A stretch of DNA of 64,000 nucleotides from Octopus vulgaris (GCA_951406725.2 OX597833.1:51336001-51400000); one strand, 5' to 3'; shown: positions 41,419 to 56,092, counted from the first letter of the stretch. A program made the numbers and translations. The notes: a model not told the origin generated them from the letters alone.

Positions 41419-42088
41419 ATAAGCCTACTACATACTACCAAATCACACTCACTCGCAAGTGACGGCTGGATGTAGTTAAAACGCCTTCCTTACCCAAAAC
41501 GTATTGCACAATACAGGATTTGAGCTCAGTTGTGCATATCAGGGAAATATTTTCAGTAATTCTGTACATGCATCGCAAACAGCAAGTTTATCTAAAGCAT
41601 ATATTTTAACTCAACGGAAAGCAGTTTATTGGTAAAATTACGGCTCTCTTCCTGCTATTTATGGCACCAGATGGTGGTACAAAAGAGCGGAATAAGGATA
41701 GCAAGTAGTACGACATTAATTTTGTGTTCTACTTATCATTAACACACATACACACACGCACACACGCAAATACACACATACATATGCACAAACACACACA
41801 CACATACATGCACACACACACACAAATATACATGGCTGCTTGGTAAGAATTTTACTTCTCAGCTCTCACAGTTCCTGGTCCAGTCCCATGACAATGTCTT
41901 CTACTATCACTCCGGACCGACGAAAGTTTCTACGGAGATTTGGTAGACGTACACCGAAAGAAGCTCCCCATCTGTGTGCGCGCACGCGTGTATGCATATA
42001 CATACATACATAGGGAGAATTCACAAAAAAACAAAACAAAAGACGAAGTCATGTAGACAACAAACAGTTTTACGGGAAGTAAAAACGT

Positions 42089-42123
42089 CTTTAACGTTTC
42101 GAGCCTAACTCTTCCACAGAAAG
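42089..42123 (-). ncRNA. hammerhead motif related to 293-327 (A6->U)
   Basis: CUUU-CUGUGGA-A-GAGU(UAG)GCUC-GAAA-CG-UU-AAAG, within a repeat at about 42012-42170. Confidence 0.45.
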
Positions 42124-42166
42124 GAACACAGAAAGAAACAAGAAGAGAAAATAAAGAATGTGTAGT

Positions 42167-42485
<319 letters not shown>

Positions 42486-42490
42486 ATGTA

Positions 42491-42574
<84 letters not shown>

Positions 42575-42605
42575 ATATATATGTGTGTGTGTGTGTGTAT
42601 ATATA

Positions 42606-42660
<55 letters not shown>

Positions 42661-43759
42661 ATATAAATACATATATACGTGTGTGCGTGTTATGCATGTG
42701 TATGTATGTGTGTGCAAGTGTGTATGCGCATGCGTGCATATATGTCTAGATATGTGTGTATATGTCTAGATATGTGTGTATATGTTTATTTCGATGTATG
42801 CGTGTCTTTGTGTTCATGTTTCTTCCCCCCCCACACACACACACATACACACGTACAAACCATTTGACAGCTGCTATTGGTTTTCTTACGTCCCTTAACC
42901 TAGCGGTTCTACAAAAGACATCCGACAAAATAAGTACTAAGGGAGATTCGTCCGACTAAAGCCTTTCAAGACGGTACCCCAGCATGGCCGCAGTCGAATG
43001 ATTAAAAACGACAAAAGAAAAACACAAAAGATACACTGAGACTCAACTTCCACTGCATGTCCTCATTCAATTTATAATTGATTTTGATTTCGGAATTGTC
43101 TCCCTTGAATTTTTTGACAATAATTAATCAGTAAAATTAATTATTTTCTTCTTCATTACGGGTGTAATTTTAAGTAATTAAGCACCATTTTTTTCCTTTT
43201 GATTCATTACATCAAATGACTTATCCCAACCCCACTAAGCAATATAATGTTTACATATATTTACATAATCTCGGAAAAAAAAATTCTAAGGGTTTTAAGT
43301 TCATTGTTTAGTAATCTCTTAACTGCTTACCACCCTCCATTACCTACCAAGTATCACCACCAGCACCAGCACCACCATTGCTATCACCACCACCATCCCT
43401 TCCATCTTCTGGCTACCTAATGTTATATCTTGACACTTAATACTATCATTGAATCCTACCCCATGGTAACAGACATGTCACTGTTAACTTCATTTACAGA
43501 CCTCCATGCTACGGCAGCTTCATTCAATGGCGGAAAAATTGTTTCGATATCTTATTCGTTTCTCTCGACATTCTTCATTCTCTTTTCTTCCTTTCCTCTT
43601 CTTTTCACATTCGTTTCTTCTTTCATTCATTCATTCCTTCTTGCCTTTCCTCTTTCATTTATAAGTTTGTTTGTTTGTTGTTTATTTATTTTTGTTTTAT
43701 ATTCATCCTTCCTCTGTATTTCATTCAGTGTCTTAGGTATGCTCTTTCACTTAATCGTT

Positions 43760-43837
<78 letters not shown>

Positions 43838-44185
43838 TTTCTTCTTCTCTTTCTTCCTTTCTTTCTTTCTTTCTTCCTTTCTTTCTTCCTCCATCCTTCC
43901 CCTCCTTCTTCCCCTTTCTCGCTACATACATACATACATAAACACACACAGACGCACACACATATTTTCACACACACACACACTTATCTATAAACATGTA
44001 TTTGTATGTATGCGCATCTACATATGTATGTATGCATGCATATATACATATATATTCAGTATATATATATATATATAAATATATATATTTATACATACAT
44101 ATATATATATATACATACATACATATATATACATACACACACATATATATATATATATACATATCTATATCTATATCTATATCTA

Positions 44186-44256
<71 letters not shown>

Positions 44257-44963
44257 TGTATGTATGTATATACATTTACTACATTTTTGATGTTTGGTTT
44301 GCAAGGTTGTTGATATGAATTCTTGTGTTGAAACCATTCTTGTGTCTAGGGAGGGATATTTATCCAATTAACTAACAATAAAGAAGTGATATTGAACCAG
44401 TGAGTGTTATTGTTATTCGCGTAATGACCCTCTCAAGACACAATATATATATAATATGATGGATCGACCTGTCCATCTCCTTTCCCCCTCTCTCTCTACC
44501 ACTTCTAGCACTCTCTATTTCTTCCCCTCTCACTCTTCCCATCTCACTTTCTCTTTCTTCCCCCATCTTTCTCTCTTCCTTTCTCTTTGTCTCTCTTTTT
44601 CTCTGTCTGTCTCTTTCTCTCTCTCTCTCTCTCGCTCTCTCTCTCTCTCTCCTCTCTCTTTGCTATATGAGACTCTTAGTAAACTACATAACGTAAACGC
44701 ATTTTCATATCACCCGATCCCTCATACATGAGCAAACTTTACAAGCTGATACCTTCGTATGTAGCAAGCAGACAGACAGACAGATAAATAGACAGACAGA
44801 CAGATAAATAGACAGACAGACAGACAGATGGATAGATAGATAGATAGATAGACTTGTAGACAGATAGATAGATATATAGATAGTTAGATGGATGGATAGA
44901 TAGATAGATAAGAAGATAGATAGATAGATAGATAGATAGATAAAATATAGATAGATAGACTTG

Positions 44964-45051
<88 letters not shown>

Positions 45052-45053
45052 CA

Positions 45054-45582
45054 TGTTTCTTTATTAGCCACACAGAGCTGCACACAGACGGGACAAATTA
45101 CAAGGTAGAGCTTTTCTTTTTGGGGATAAAAAAATAACGTGGGTTGGTTTTTGATCAAAAGGGATCGTAAATGGAAAGGAAGAGGAAAGCAAAAAAATAT
45201 ATAATAAAATAAAATAAAATAAAGCTAAAAAATAAAAGGAAAAAGAAAAAATCGACCAATAGGGATCATTTTCACAGAAATGTCAATATAAAGTGTAAAT
45301 GGGAAGACAGGAGAGGTTTACCCGTGGAAAGAAAAGCCTACGGAAAAGACCACGGTAACCTCGGTCAATGAAGTCATATGTTATATTTTTTTCTACAAAT
45401 AAGCAACTAATTAATTTTTACGGTTCATAGGATCATAGTGAAGGTGGCTTCGTCATTCATACGTGCCATCCTTGCTACATTCACCCATCTTTTTTTAAAA
45501 CATTCACTAGACAAAACTTGCCTCTCTACTCTCACTTTCCTTTTCAAGTGATACTTGAAGAAGTTGATGAGAGATTGATCAG
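45054..45582 (-). mobile_element. L1/Tx1-type LINE 3' end, copy 1
   Basis: Encodes QSLINFFKYHLKRKVRVERQVLSSECFKKRWVNVARMARMNDEATFTMIL* plus the 3' UTR, and ends in (GATA)n. Confidence 0.85.
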
Positions 45583-45587
45583 TGGTC

Positions 45588-45687
45588 ATAGTAGAAGAAA
45601 TCTGTCCAAGTTGCCACGCAGTGGGACTGAACACGGAACCATGAGGTTGGGAAGCAAGCCTCTTACCACACAGCCACACCTACGCCT
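45588..45687 (-). mobile_element. SINE family B head abutting the LINE fragment
   Basis: GGCGTAGGTGTGGCTGTGTGGTAAG...CTTCTACTAT on the minus strand. Confidence 0.8.
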
Positions 45688-45974
45688 ATATCTTTGTTAA
45701 TGGGTAACTTTGTAATGGATTGCCATACAAGAGTGAGATGGTGTCTCAGAAAGCTCACCCGAAATGTGCGTCTCGCGAACCACGTTTTTGTATTCAGCGA
45801 TCAAAAGGATGAATAGTACAACCAGTACTGAGAAACCAGACTGGTTGGAACAGGTTCTTCAACCACGTCGAAGGAAGAAGGAACAGTCATCACGTGATCG
45901 ATCGCTTGACGAGATAAAGATAGCTGCTCGACATTCCTTGGGTTACACCCATTCATTTTTAAAGCTTATCTTTT

Positions 45975-46755
45975 ATCTTTCATATATTTCAGTCATCAGA
46001 ATGTGACCATGCTGGGGCATCGCTTTGGAGAAATTTTAGTCTAATGTATCGACCCAGTACTTAAGTTTTTAGAACCTGGTGCTTATTCTAAAGGTCAATT
46101 GTTTCGGCGGCCTTCTTCCAGTTTCCGCTTACGAAATCCACTCTCAAGGCTTTGGTCTGCCCGAGGCTTTAGTAGAAGACACTTGCCCAAGGTATTTCAT
46201 GCAGTGGCGAGCTGGCAGAAACGTTAGCACGCCGGACGAAATGCTTGGTGGTATTTCGTCTCCCGTTACGTTCTGAGTTCAAATTCCGCCGAGGTCGACT
46301 TTGCCTTTCATCCTTTCGGGGTCGATAAATTAAGTACCAGTTACGCACTGGGGTCGATATAATCGACTTAATCCGTTTGTCTGTCCATGTTTGTCCTCTC
46401 TGTGTTTAGCCCCTTGTGGGTAATAAAGAAATAGGTATTTCGTCTGCCGTTATGTTCTGAGTTCGAATTCCGCCGAAGTCGACTTTGTCTTTCATCCTTT
46501 CGGGGTCGATAAATTAAGTACCAGTTACGCACTGGGTTCGATATAATCGACTTAATCCGTTTGTCTGTCCTTGTTTGTCCTTTCTGTGTTTAGCCCCTAG
46601 TGGGTAGTAAAGAAATAGGTATTTCATGCAGTGGGACTGAACCCGGTGCCATGTGGTTGGGAAGCAAGCGTCTTACCACACAACCACGCCTGCACCTGTA
46701 GCCATGTTTGCGCCTATAAACCACGCCTGCGCCTATAAGCCACGCCTGCACCTAT
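45975..46755 (-). mobile_element. SINE family B interrupted by a family A dimer
   Basis: B sequence breaks at about 46207 and resumes at about 46617; repeats of about 19 bp from the B 5' end at 46683-46755. Confidence 0.8.
46206..46617 (+). mobile_element. SINE family A dimer (full unit plus headless unit) with long TSD
   Basis: AGGTATTTCATGCAGTGG at 46190-46207 and 46617-46634; internal junction AAAGAAATA|GGTATTTCG at about 46434. Confidence 0.9.
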
Positions 46756-46778
46756 ACTGTAGTTAATTATATATAAAG

Positions 46779-47160
46779 AGGAGGCGCAATGGCCCAGTGG
46801 TTAGGGCAGCGGACTCGCGGTCATAGGATCGCGGTTTCGATTCCCAGACCGGGCGTTGTGAGTGTTTATTGAGCGAAAACACCTAAAAGCTCCACGAGGC
46901 TCTGGCAGGGGATGGTGGTGATCCCTGCTGTACTCTTTCACCACAACTTTCTCTCACTCTTACTTCCTGTTTCTGTTGTACCTGTATTTCAAAGGGCCAG
47001 CCTTGTCACTCTCTGTGTCACGCTGAATATCCCCGAGAACTACGTTAAGGGTGCACGTGTCTGTGGAGTGCTCAGCCACTTACACGTTAATTTCACGAGC
47101 AGGCTGTTCCGTTGATTCGGATTAACCGGAAACCTCATCGTCGTAACCGACGGAGTGCTT
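46779..47160 (+). mobile_element. SINE family E
   Basis: GGAGGCGCAATGGCCCAGTGGTTAGG head through CGTCGTAACCGACGGAGTGC end. Confidence 0.9.
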
Positions 47161-47943
47161 CCATCATATTTAAAGAAGTCGTTACAGGAATGTCTTTGGT
47201 CGTACTTGTGCTCCATTAGGGATGATCTGGAATTCAACAGCTACATGGACTTCCACAACGACGACGACGACGAGCTTAAAACATAATATGGGGCCAAGGA
47301 GAATGCAGGACTCGGGGTCAATAAGATAAAAATCGTTTGGGTTTTACGCTAATCCCTGATCCCTTCAGTTTTCAACTTCATTTCTTTTTTTTTCTTTTTT
47401 CTTTTTTCTTTTTTCTTTTTTTACTTCAGTGTGCCTTTTTTGATATTTTCATGTCTGTCAAGACATCCCCAAACCTCAAACAGATGCTAAATCTCTCACG
47501 ACTCACTAAACTCAAGCGGATTAATAATAACCAAGCTTACTTTCTATAATGATGATTCGTCCAAAAAGGCTCTTAACTTTTTTTTTAGCACCCTGTCTAC
47601 TCGCCAAGATATAAGCCACTACGCTAAGTCATATGAAAAAAGTCAGTTAACTCCGTTACGTGTTAAATAAGAATTTCGTGTGATTTATCTCTCAAAGTAA
47701 ATTAAATTTGGAAATTAAAATATACAGACGTAGCGGCTAACCAAACAGAAACCAATACTCTTTTTCTGCTCTTTTTCTTTTTTGCTTTTTGTTTTTTTCT
47801 TATTTAGTCTTAAACTTTCGGATTCTCCCTCCCTTTCGTACGCATGTCTATACTTGCGTGTTTCTCCATGTGTGTGGTGTGTGTTTTGTATGTGTGAGTG
47901 CAGGCGTATGTTATGTGAAAATGGGCAAACACATATAAATGAA

Positions 47944-48014
<71 letters not shown>

Positions 48015-48241
48015 CATACATATATATATACATGTATATATGCATACACAAATATATATATAAATATATATACATATGTATGCATATATATATATGCATA
48101 CATATGTATATATATTTATATGAATATATATATATATACATACATGCACGTGTGTGCGTGTATGTGTATGCATTATTATTAGCATTGCCACACTGCTGAA
48201 AAGATATAATGCATGCATTTACATACATATATATGTACATA

Positions 48242-48348
<107 letters not shown>

Positions 48349-48393
48349 ATGTATGTATGTGTGTATGTATATATATATATATGTGTGTGTGTT

Positions 48394-48490
<97 letters not shown>

Positions 48491-48889
48491 ATATATAATG
48501 ACAGAGAGAGAAGTGATTGTGAGAGTATAGCTGACGGAATCTATACCAGCGCATGCCTGGTACATAATTTATCGACCCGAGTGAGTGGAAGGGTAGGCTT
48601 TTAATTTGGTGGAATTTGAACTCACTTGTAGGAGGACGTAAGCACACACACACACACTCACACACACACACACTCACACACACACACTCACACACACACA
48701 CACACACACACACAGATGTACATACGTAGATGCGTGCGCACATACATGCAATCATTAGAGATATCCATTTCAGCACCAATTTTCTAAAGTATCTTTTAAA
48801 AATAACGCCACTTCCCTGTCAGTACTCACTAATGGCAACACTGCATTGCTTTTTGTACGTATGTACGTATGGATGCATGTAAGTATCTT

Positions 48890-48998
48890 GTAGCAGTAGT
48901 AGTAGTAGTGTTGGTGGTGGTGGTGGTGGTGGTGGTGGTGGTACAGCAGCAGTAGTAGTAGTGGTGGTGGTGATGGTGGTGGTGGTGGTAGCAGCAGC

Positions 48999-49029
<31 letters not shown>

Positions 49030-49041
49030 CTGGTGGTAGTG

Positions 49042-49073
<32 letters not shown>

Positions 49074-49101
49074 GGTAGTAGTGGTGGTGATGTAGTACTG
49101 T

Positions 49102-49141
<40 letters not shown>

Positions 49142-49158
49142 GGTGGTAGTGGTGGTGA

Positions 49159-49215
<57 letters not shown>
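48890..49215. repeat. (TAG)n/(TGG)n block
   Basis: Directly visible. Confidence 0.95.
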
Positions 49216-49485
49216 CGCCTCCATTAACGCTATATCAGCTACACCATCATTATAATTGTCACAGATACCAACAGATCTCACATTACGAAGAATAACTTCG
49301 GTTAGAGTGTAAAGTTTAGACGACTACCTCGATTGCCATTACCAATGATGGTCGCTCAATCTGCTAGAAATAACAGCGATTACAATGATTACTATGGATT
49401 CTTTCGGGGTCGATCAAATAAGTACCAGTTACGCACTGGGGTCGATATCGACTTAAACCGTTTGTTTGTCCTTGTTTGTCCCAGT

Positions 49486-49785
49486 GGCAATGGCCCAGTG
49501 GTTAGGGTAGCGGACTCGCGGTTTCGCTTCCCAGACCGGGCGTTGTGTGTGTTTATTGAGCGAAAACACCTAAAGCTCCACGAGGTTCCTGCAGGGGGTG
49601 GTGACGACCCCTGTTGTACTCTTTCGCCCCAAATTTCTCTCGCTCTTTCTTCCTGTTTCTTGAGAAACGCTGCGATGGACTGGTGTCCCGTCCAGCTGGG
49701 TGGGGGGAACACATACGCCACAGAAACCAGGGAACCGGGCCCATGAGTCTGGCTAGGCTTGAAAAAGGCGCATAAATAAATAACA
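49486..49785 (+). mobile_element. SINE with E-type head and D-type tail, following a family A fragment (49398-49482)
   Basis: GCAATGGCCCAGTGGTTAGG...CGAAAACACCTAAAGCTCCAC, then AACGCTGCGATGGACTGG...GGCTAGGCTTGAAAAAGGCGCATAAATAAAT. Confidence 0.85.
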
Positions 49786-49807
49786 ATGATTACCACTAAT
49801 GGAGCTT

Positions 49808-50125
49808 TTACTGGTACTTAATTTATCGACCTCGAAAGGATGAAAAGTTGACCTCACAGAAATTTGAACTCAGAACGTAAAGACAGACGGAATGCCTATT
49901 TCTTTACTACCCACAAGGGGCTAAACACAGAGAGGACAAACAAGGACAGACAAACGGATTAAGTCGATTACATCGACCCCAGTGCGTAACTGGTACTTAA
50001 TTTATCGACCTCGAGAGGATAAAAGGCAAAGTCGACATCGGCGGAATTTGAACTCAGAACGTAGTGACAGACGAAATACTGCTATTTCGCTTGGCGTGCT
50101 TAACGATCCTGCCAGCTCACCACCT
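49808..50125 (-). mobile_element. SINE family A plus partial headless unit
   Basis: Junction AAAGAAATA|GGCATTCCG at about 49896. Confidence 0.85.
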
Positions 50126-50269
50126 TAGAACAGCAACAATAATAGCAACCATCATGCTGCTGCTGAACTACTATTATTAACAAGACCACTACCACCACTA
50201 CACTGCTACCTATACAGTTTCAGTAACGATTCCATAAACTTCCAGCATCAACACATCTACTGCTGCTGC

Positions 50270-51340
<1,071 letters not shown>

Positions 51341-51573
51341 ACCTCCTTTACCATTGCCTCTACCCCCTATCATAATGTATACATTTCTATTAGCATTTGC
51401 TTGAACAACATATTTGTAGAAAGGATCAGAGTTAAGTGGCTCCACCTACATTTGAAAGAGTTCACTGGATTAGAAGGAGGCTTGGACACACACGCACAGA
51501 CATACAGAAATACTGACTGACAAAACAGACAGACATACAGATAGACAGATACAAAGATTCATGGATAAATAGT

Positions 51574-51647
<74 letters not shown>

Positions 51648-52750
51648 TGTTTCTTTATTAGCACACAGGGCTGCACACAGATAGAACAAATTACAAGGTA
51701 GAGCTTTTCTTTTGAAGGTTTAAAAAAAAGAATAAAAAAAAAAAGAAAAAAAAGGAAGGGGGAGTTTCGATCAAAAGGGATCGTAAAAGGAGAGAAAGAG
51801 GACAAAAAAAGGGGGGTTAAAAAAAGGGGGAGAGGGAAAAAAAAAAATTTGATCAATAGGGATCGTTATCACAGAAATGTCAATATGAAGTGTAAAGGGG
51901 AGGACAGGTGAGGTTTACCCGTGGAAAGAAATCCTACGGAAAAGACCACGGTAACCTCGGTCAATGAAGTCACATGTTATATTTCTTTTTTTTTTTTTTT
52001 TTGCGAATAAGCAACTCTCTGTTTTCAATTTCTGGGTTCATAGGATCATGCTCAAGGTGGCTTCGTCATTCATACGTGCCATTCTTGCTACATTCACCCA
52101 TCTTGTTTTAAAACATTCGCTAGACAAAACTTGCCTCTCTACTCTCACTTTCCTTTTCAAGTGGTACTTGAAGAAGTTGATGAGAGATTGACCAGAGAGG
52201 AAAGTGTTTGTCTCCAATCCTTTCAGACGCGTCCACCAGATACATTCTTTCGCCATAGCCACAAGGATGATGAAAATAGCTCTTCCTTCCCGTTTGAAGG
52301 AAGGAGGCGTGACAATATTGACGATAGACTCAGCTGATAAACCGACTCGTCCCACACGTGACAGCAGTTGTTCGACATAAGCCCACAGGTCGGAAATTGT
52401 TGGACACTGCACGAGTGCGTGCAGAACGGTTTCGTCGCTCTGACCGCATCTCGGGCAGGTCGGCCCCGTGTTTCTCGAGCCGTGTCTGTAGAGCTTATCC
52501 CGAACGGGTAGCGCTTCTCGGTAGCACTGCCAGGCCAGGGATCTCTGGAAGTTGTCCATGGGCCCTGGCCCGAAAGTCGTCCTGAACAGGCGGGTCAGGT
52601 ACTCCTCGTCGACGTCCAGGTTCGCCCCGAGCTCGTCGTCGTACCTCCCCTCCACTAAACCCCTATAGAATGCTTTGGTTGTGTTGAAGTCACTCAAGGT
52701 CGACCCAGGACGACAGAGTTGCTTGAGAGCAACGCGACACTCGCGGTGCC

Positions 52751-52752
<2 letters not shown>
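51648..52752 (-). mobile_element. 5'-truncated L1/Tx1-type LINE, copy 2, flanked by (GATA)n on both sides
   Basis: ORF2 C-terminus plus a 3' UTR ending AATAAAGAAACA-(TATC)n. Confidence 0.9.
52038..52751 (-). CDS. non-LTR retrotransposon ORF2 C-terminal fragment with zf-RVT-like CCHC finger (no start codon)
   Basis: Stop-free frame WHRECRV...AWQCYREALPVRDKL...CPRCGQSDETVLHALVQC...AKECIWWTR, typical of L1/Tx1 ORF2 ends. Confidence 0.85.
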
Positions 52753-52842
<90 letters not shown>

Positions 52843-52896
52843 CAAATAGATAGATAGATAAAAATTTAGATAGATAGATAACAATTTTGATAGATA

Positions 52897-53131
52897 AGTT
52901 TCTTTATTGGCCACACAGGGCTGCACACAGGTAGAGCTTTTCTTTTGGGGGATGAAAAAAAACAAAAAAAAACAAAAGAAACAAAAAAAGGGGTGGCGTA
53001 GGTTTTCGATCAAGAAATGGGAAGAAAAGAACAAAAAAAATAAAATAAAAAATAAAAAAATAAAGATAAAAAAATGAAGAAAAGGAAAAGGAACAAAAGA
53101 AAAGAGAAATGAAAAAAGAAGAAAAAAGGGG
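52897..53131 (-). mobile_element. same LINE, 3' UTR-only copy 3
   Basis: GTTTCTTTATTGGCCACACAGGGCTGCACACAG terminus; GATA repeats on both sides. Confidence 0.8.
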
Positions 53132-53208
<77 letters not shown>

Positions 53209-53524
53209 TGTTTCTTTATTAGCCACACAGGGCTGAACACAGAGGGGACAAATTACAATGTAGAGTTTTTCTTTTTGGGGAGAAAAAAAGAAAAGAAAAA
53301 GACAAATAAAAAATAAAAAGAGGGGTAGGTTTTCGATCAAAAGGGATCGTAAAAAGAGAGAGAGAAAAGTAAACGATCAGTAGGGATCGTGTATCACAGA
53401 AATGTCATGATGTAAAGTGTAAGGGGGGGAAGCGGATAAGGTTTATCCGTGGAAAGAAAGGCCTGCGGAAAGAACCACGGTAACCTCGGTCTGTAATGTC
53501 ACATGTTAACACATGTGACATTAT
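53209..53524 (-). mobile_element. same LINE, 3' UTR-only copy 4
   Basis: Same terminus plus the CCGTGG...CCACGGTAACCTCGGTC block; GATA repeats on both sides. Confidence 0.85.
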
Positions 53525-53525
53525 T

Positions 53526-53578
<53 letters not shown>

Positions 53579-53744
53579 GAAGATAGATAGATTGGCAGAA
53601 AGATTGATAGAATAATAAATAGATAGATAGATACATGCATACATATATACATACATACGTACAAATATATATAAATATATGTAAACATACATATACATCC
53701 AAATATTTTAATTTGTTGTATATTTATTCTTTTGTTCTTTTATT

Positions 53745-54130
53745 TTTTTACTAGTTTCAGTCATCTGATTGCCACCAAGCTGGACGACGGCCTTTAGTCG
53801 AAGAAATCCACCTCAGGACTTATTCTTTGAAAGCCCAGTACTTATTCTATCGGTCTCTTTTGCTGAACCGCTATGTTACAGGGACGTAAACACACCAACA
53901 ACGGTTGTCAAGCGATAATGGGGGGTGGCAAACACAGACACACAAATATATATATATATATATATATATACGAAGGGCTTCTTACAGTTTCCGTCTACTA
54001 AATCCAGTCATAAGGATTTGGTCGGCCCCACTCTATAGTAGAAGCTACTTACCTGAGGTGTCAGGCAGTGGAACTGAACCCGGGACTATAAGATTGGTAA
54101 GCAAGCTTCTTACCACAGAGCCACACACCT
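53745..54130 (-). mobile_element. SINE family B
   Basis: Full length, moderately diverged. Confidence 0.85.
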
Positions 54131-54184
54131 ATATGTGTGTGTGCGTATGCGTATGCGTGCGCATGTATGTGCGTGTGTGTGTGC

Positions 54185-54233
<49 letters not shown>

Positions 54234-54261
54234 TATATATACGTGTATATATATATATACA

Positions 54262-54301
<40 letters not shown>

Positions 54302-55017
54302 TATATTTATATATGTGCATACATACATACATTTAGGCACACACACACACACGCACACACATATTCTGTGTTTGTGTGTGCGTGTGTTTGTGTGTGTATA
54401 TTTATATATCCTGTGCGTGCGTGTGTGTGTGTGTGTGTTTGCTTGTTTTTATTACGCAAACAAAGAAACACGAACCCGTATATGATACGGCGTTATGGGT
54501 TGAAACAGAAACCTTTACATCGTGAAAGAAACCTTTTCAGCCATTTAAGAACACAAAATGGTTTCAATATTCTTATTTCGCTTATTTTGTAACATTTAGA
54601 TATTGACCCATTGCGCTCCCCTTACGTCAATGAGTCGTCACACCATTGTGAATCGTCAGTGATAAAATTTCACTGTTCGTAACTATATATTATTTTACAT
54701 AATATATATCTTATTTTACGTAAATATTTGACAAAAATCATTTTATGATGAACACGCCTTGACATATTTCTAATACCATATACGTCTAAAATAATATATT
54801 TATTTTATGTTAATTTAATTTTATTTGTTTATTAATTTCTTATTATCGCTTCGAATACTATCATTACTTGCAATATTTTTTTATTTATTCCTTTTTATTA
54901 TTGCTTGCATTTGTCACTAGACTGTGGCTATGCTGGAGCCCACCCTTGAAGTAGTTCAGTAGAGCGAATCGACCTCTGTATTTATGCATATGTGTGTGTG
55001 TGTACATACATACATAC

Positions 55018-55068
<51 letters not shown>

Positions 55069-55315
55069 TAAATATATATGACAATTATTCGGTAGCCATG
55101 ACAAAGCTCGGAGTTTTATATATGTATATGTATATATACATATATATATCTATATCTCTCTCTATATATATATATTACGGAGATGTACTCGCATAGCAAG
55201 TGATTTGATCTGAGATCGTGTGCTGAAACGAAAACAATTGCAGCGTGGAAGGTGTTTGTAAGCCATTTAAGAAACACACAAAAGCCGTTCGATTCACTTC
55301 AACATTTAAGTTTAA

Positions 55316-55365
55316 TTTGTCAAAATATTTTCGTCGCTAAAATCCGCGACCTGTTCACTGACAAA
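55316..55365 (-). ncRNA. minimal hammerhead motif with G3-C8 core variant (family 4)
   Basis: UUUGUCA-GUGAACA-G-GUCGC(GGAUUUUA)GCGAC-GAAA-AUAU-UU-UGACAAA: perfect 7-bp stem I, 5-bp stem II, palindromic AAUAUU stem III. Confidence 0.65.
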
Positions 55366-55390
55366 AATCCGTGCTGCATCTCAGCACGGA

Positions 55391-56092
55391 TTTGAAGTCA
55401 CCAAAACAGAAATGGCTAAGAAAGCCGAAAGCAAATTCTACAAAATGGGGAAACACGCCACACAGGGAAGGTTTCCAGTGCAAAGAATTTGCACAACCGA
55501 ATGCTTTAGTTGTTGCACAACTATTGAAGGCAATAAAAAGGCAAACTTGAAGGCAATATTGTATGGCGATAGTAGTTGTGAAATATGGTAATAGATTTAG
55601 TAGCCAAAAGGAGAGAGCAGAGGTAAGTATGGTGGTGGTGGTGGTGGTGGTGTTGGTCATGGTGGTAGGGGTGATGGTGGTGGTGGTCAAGGTGGTAGTG
55701 GTGGTGGTGGTGGTCGCGGTCGAGGTCGTCGTCTTAGTGGTGTTTGTGGCAGAGTTGTCATTTGTGAAGTTGTCGTCTGGGTTCTTCCAATTTTTCTTTG
55801 TGTCGGTGGCGGAGTTGGCGTCCATGCTCGCACCTGCACCTGTGTTGCTCCTCCCCTCCTTCCCTCCTTCATGAAGCTGTGGTGAAGGAAGGGTAGGGAA
55901 ATCAACGTCGTAAGCGTTGTCAAGGAGACCAGCGTTGTTTTAGAAAGACGACTTCATGGCTTTGAAGTCGCCAAAACAGAAATGGCTAAGAAAGCCGAAA
56001 GCAAATTCTACAAAATCGGGAAACACGCCACACAGGGAAGGTTTCCCGTGCAAAGAATTTGCACAACCGAATGCTTTAGTTGTTGCACAACT
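55391..56092 (+). repeat. 132-bp direct repeat (55391-55522, 55961-56092)
   Basis: TTTGAAGTC.CCAAAACAG...GTTGCACAACT occurs twice, nearly identical. Confidence 0.9.
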
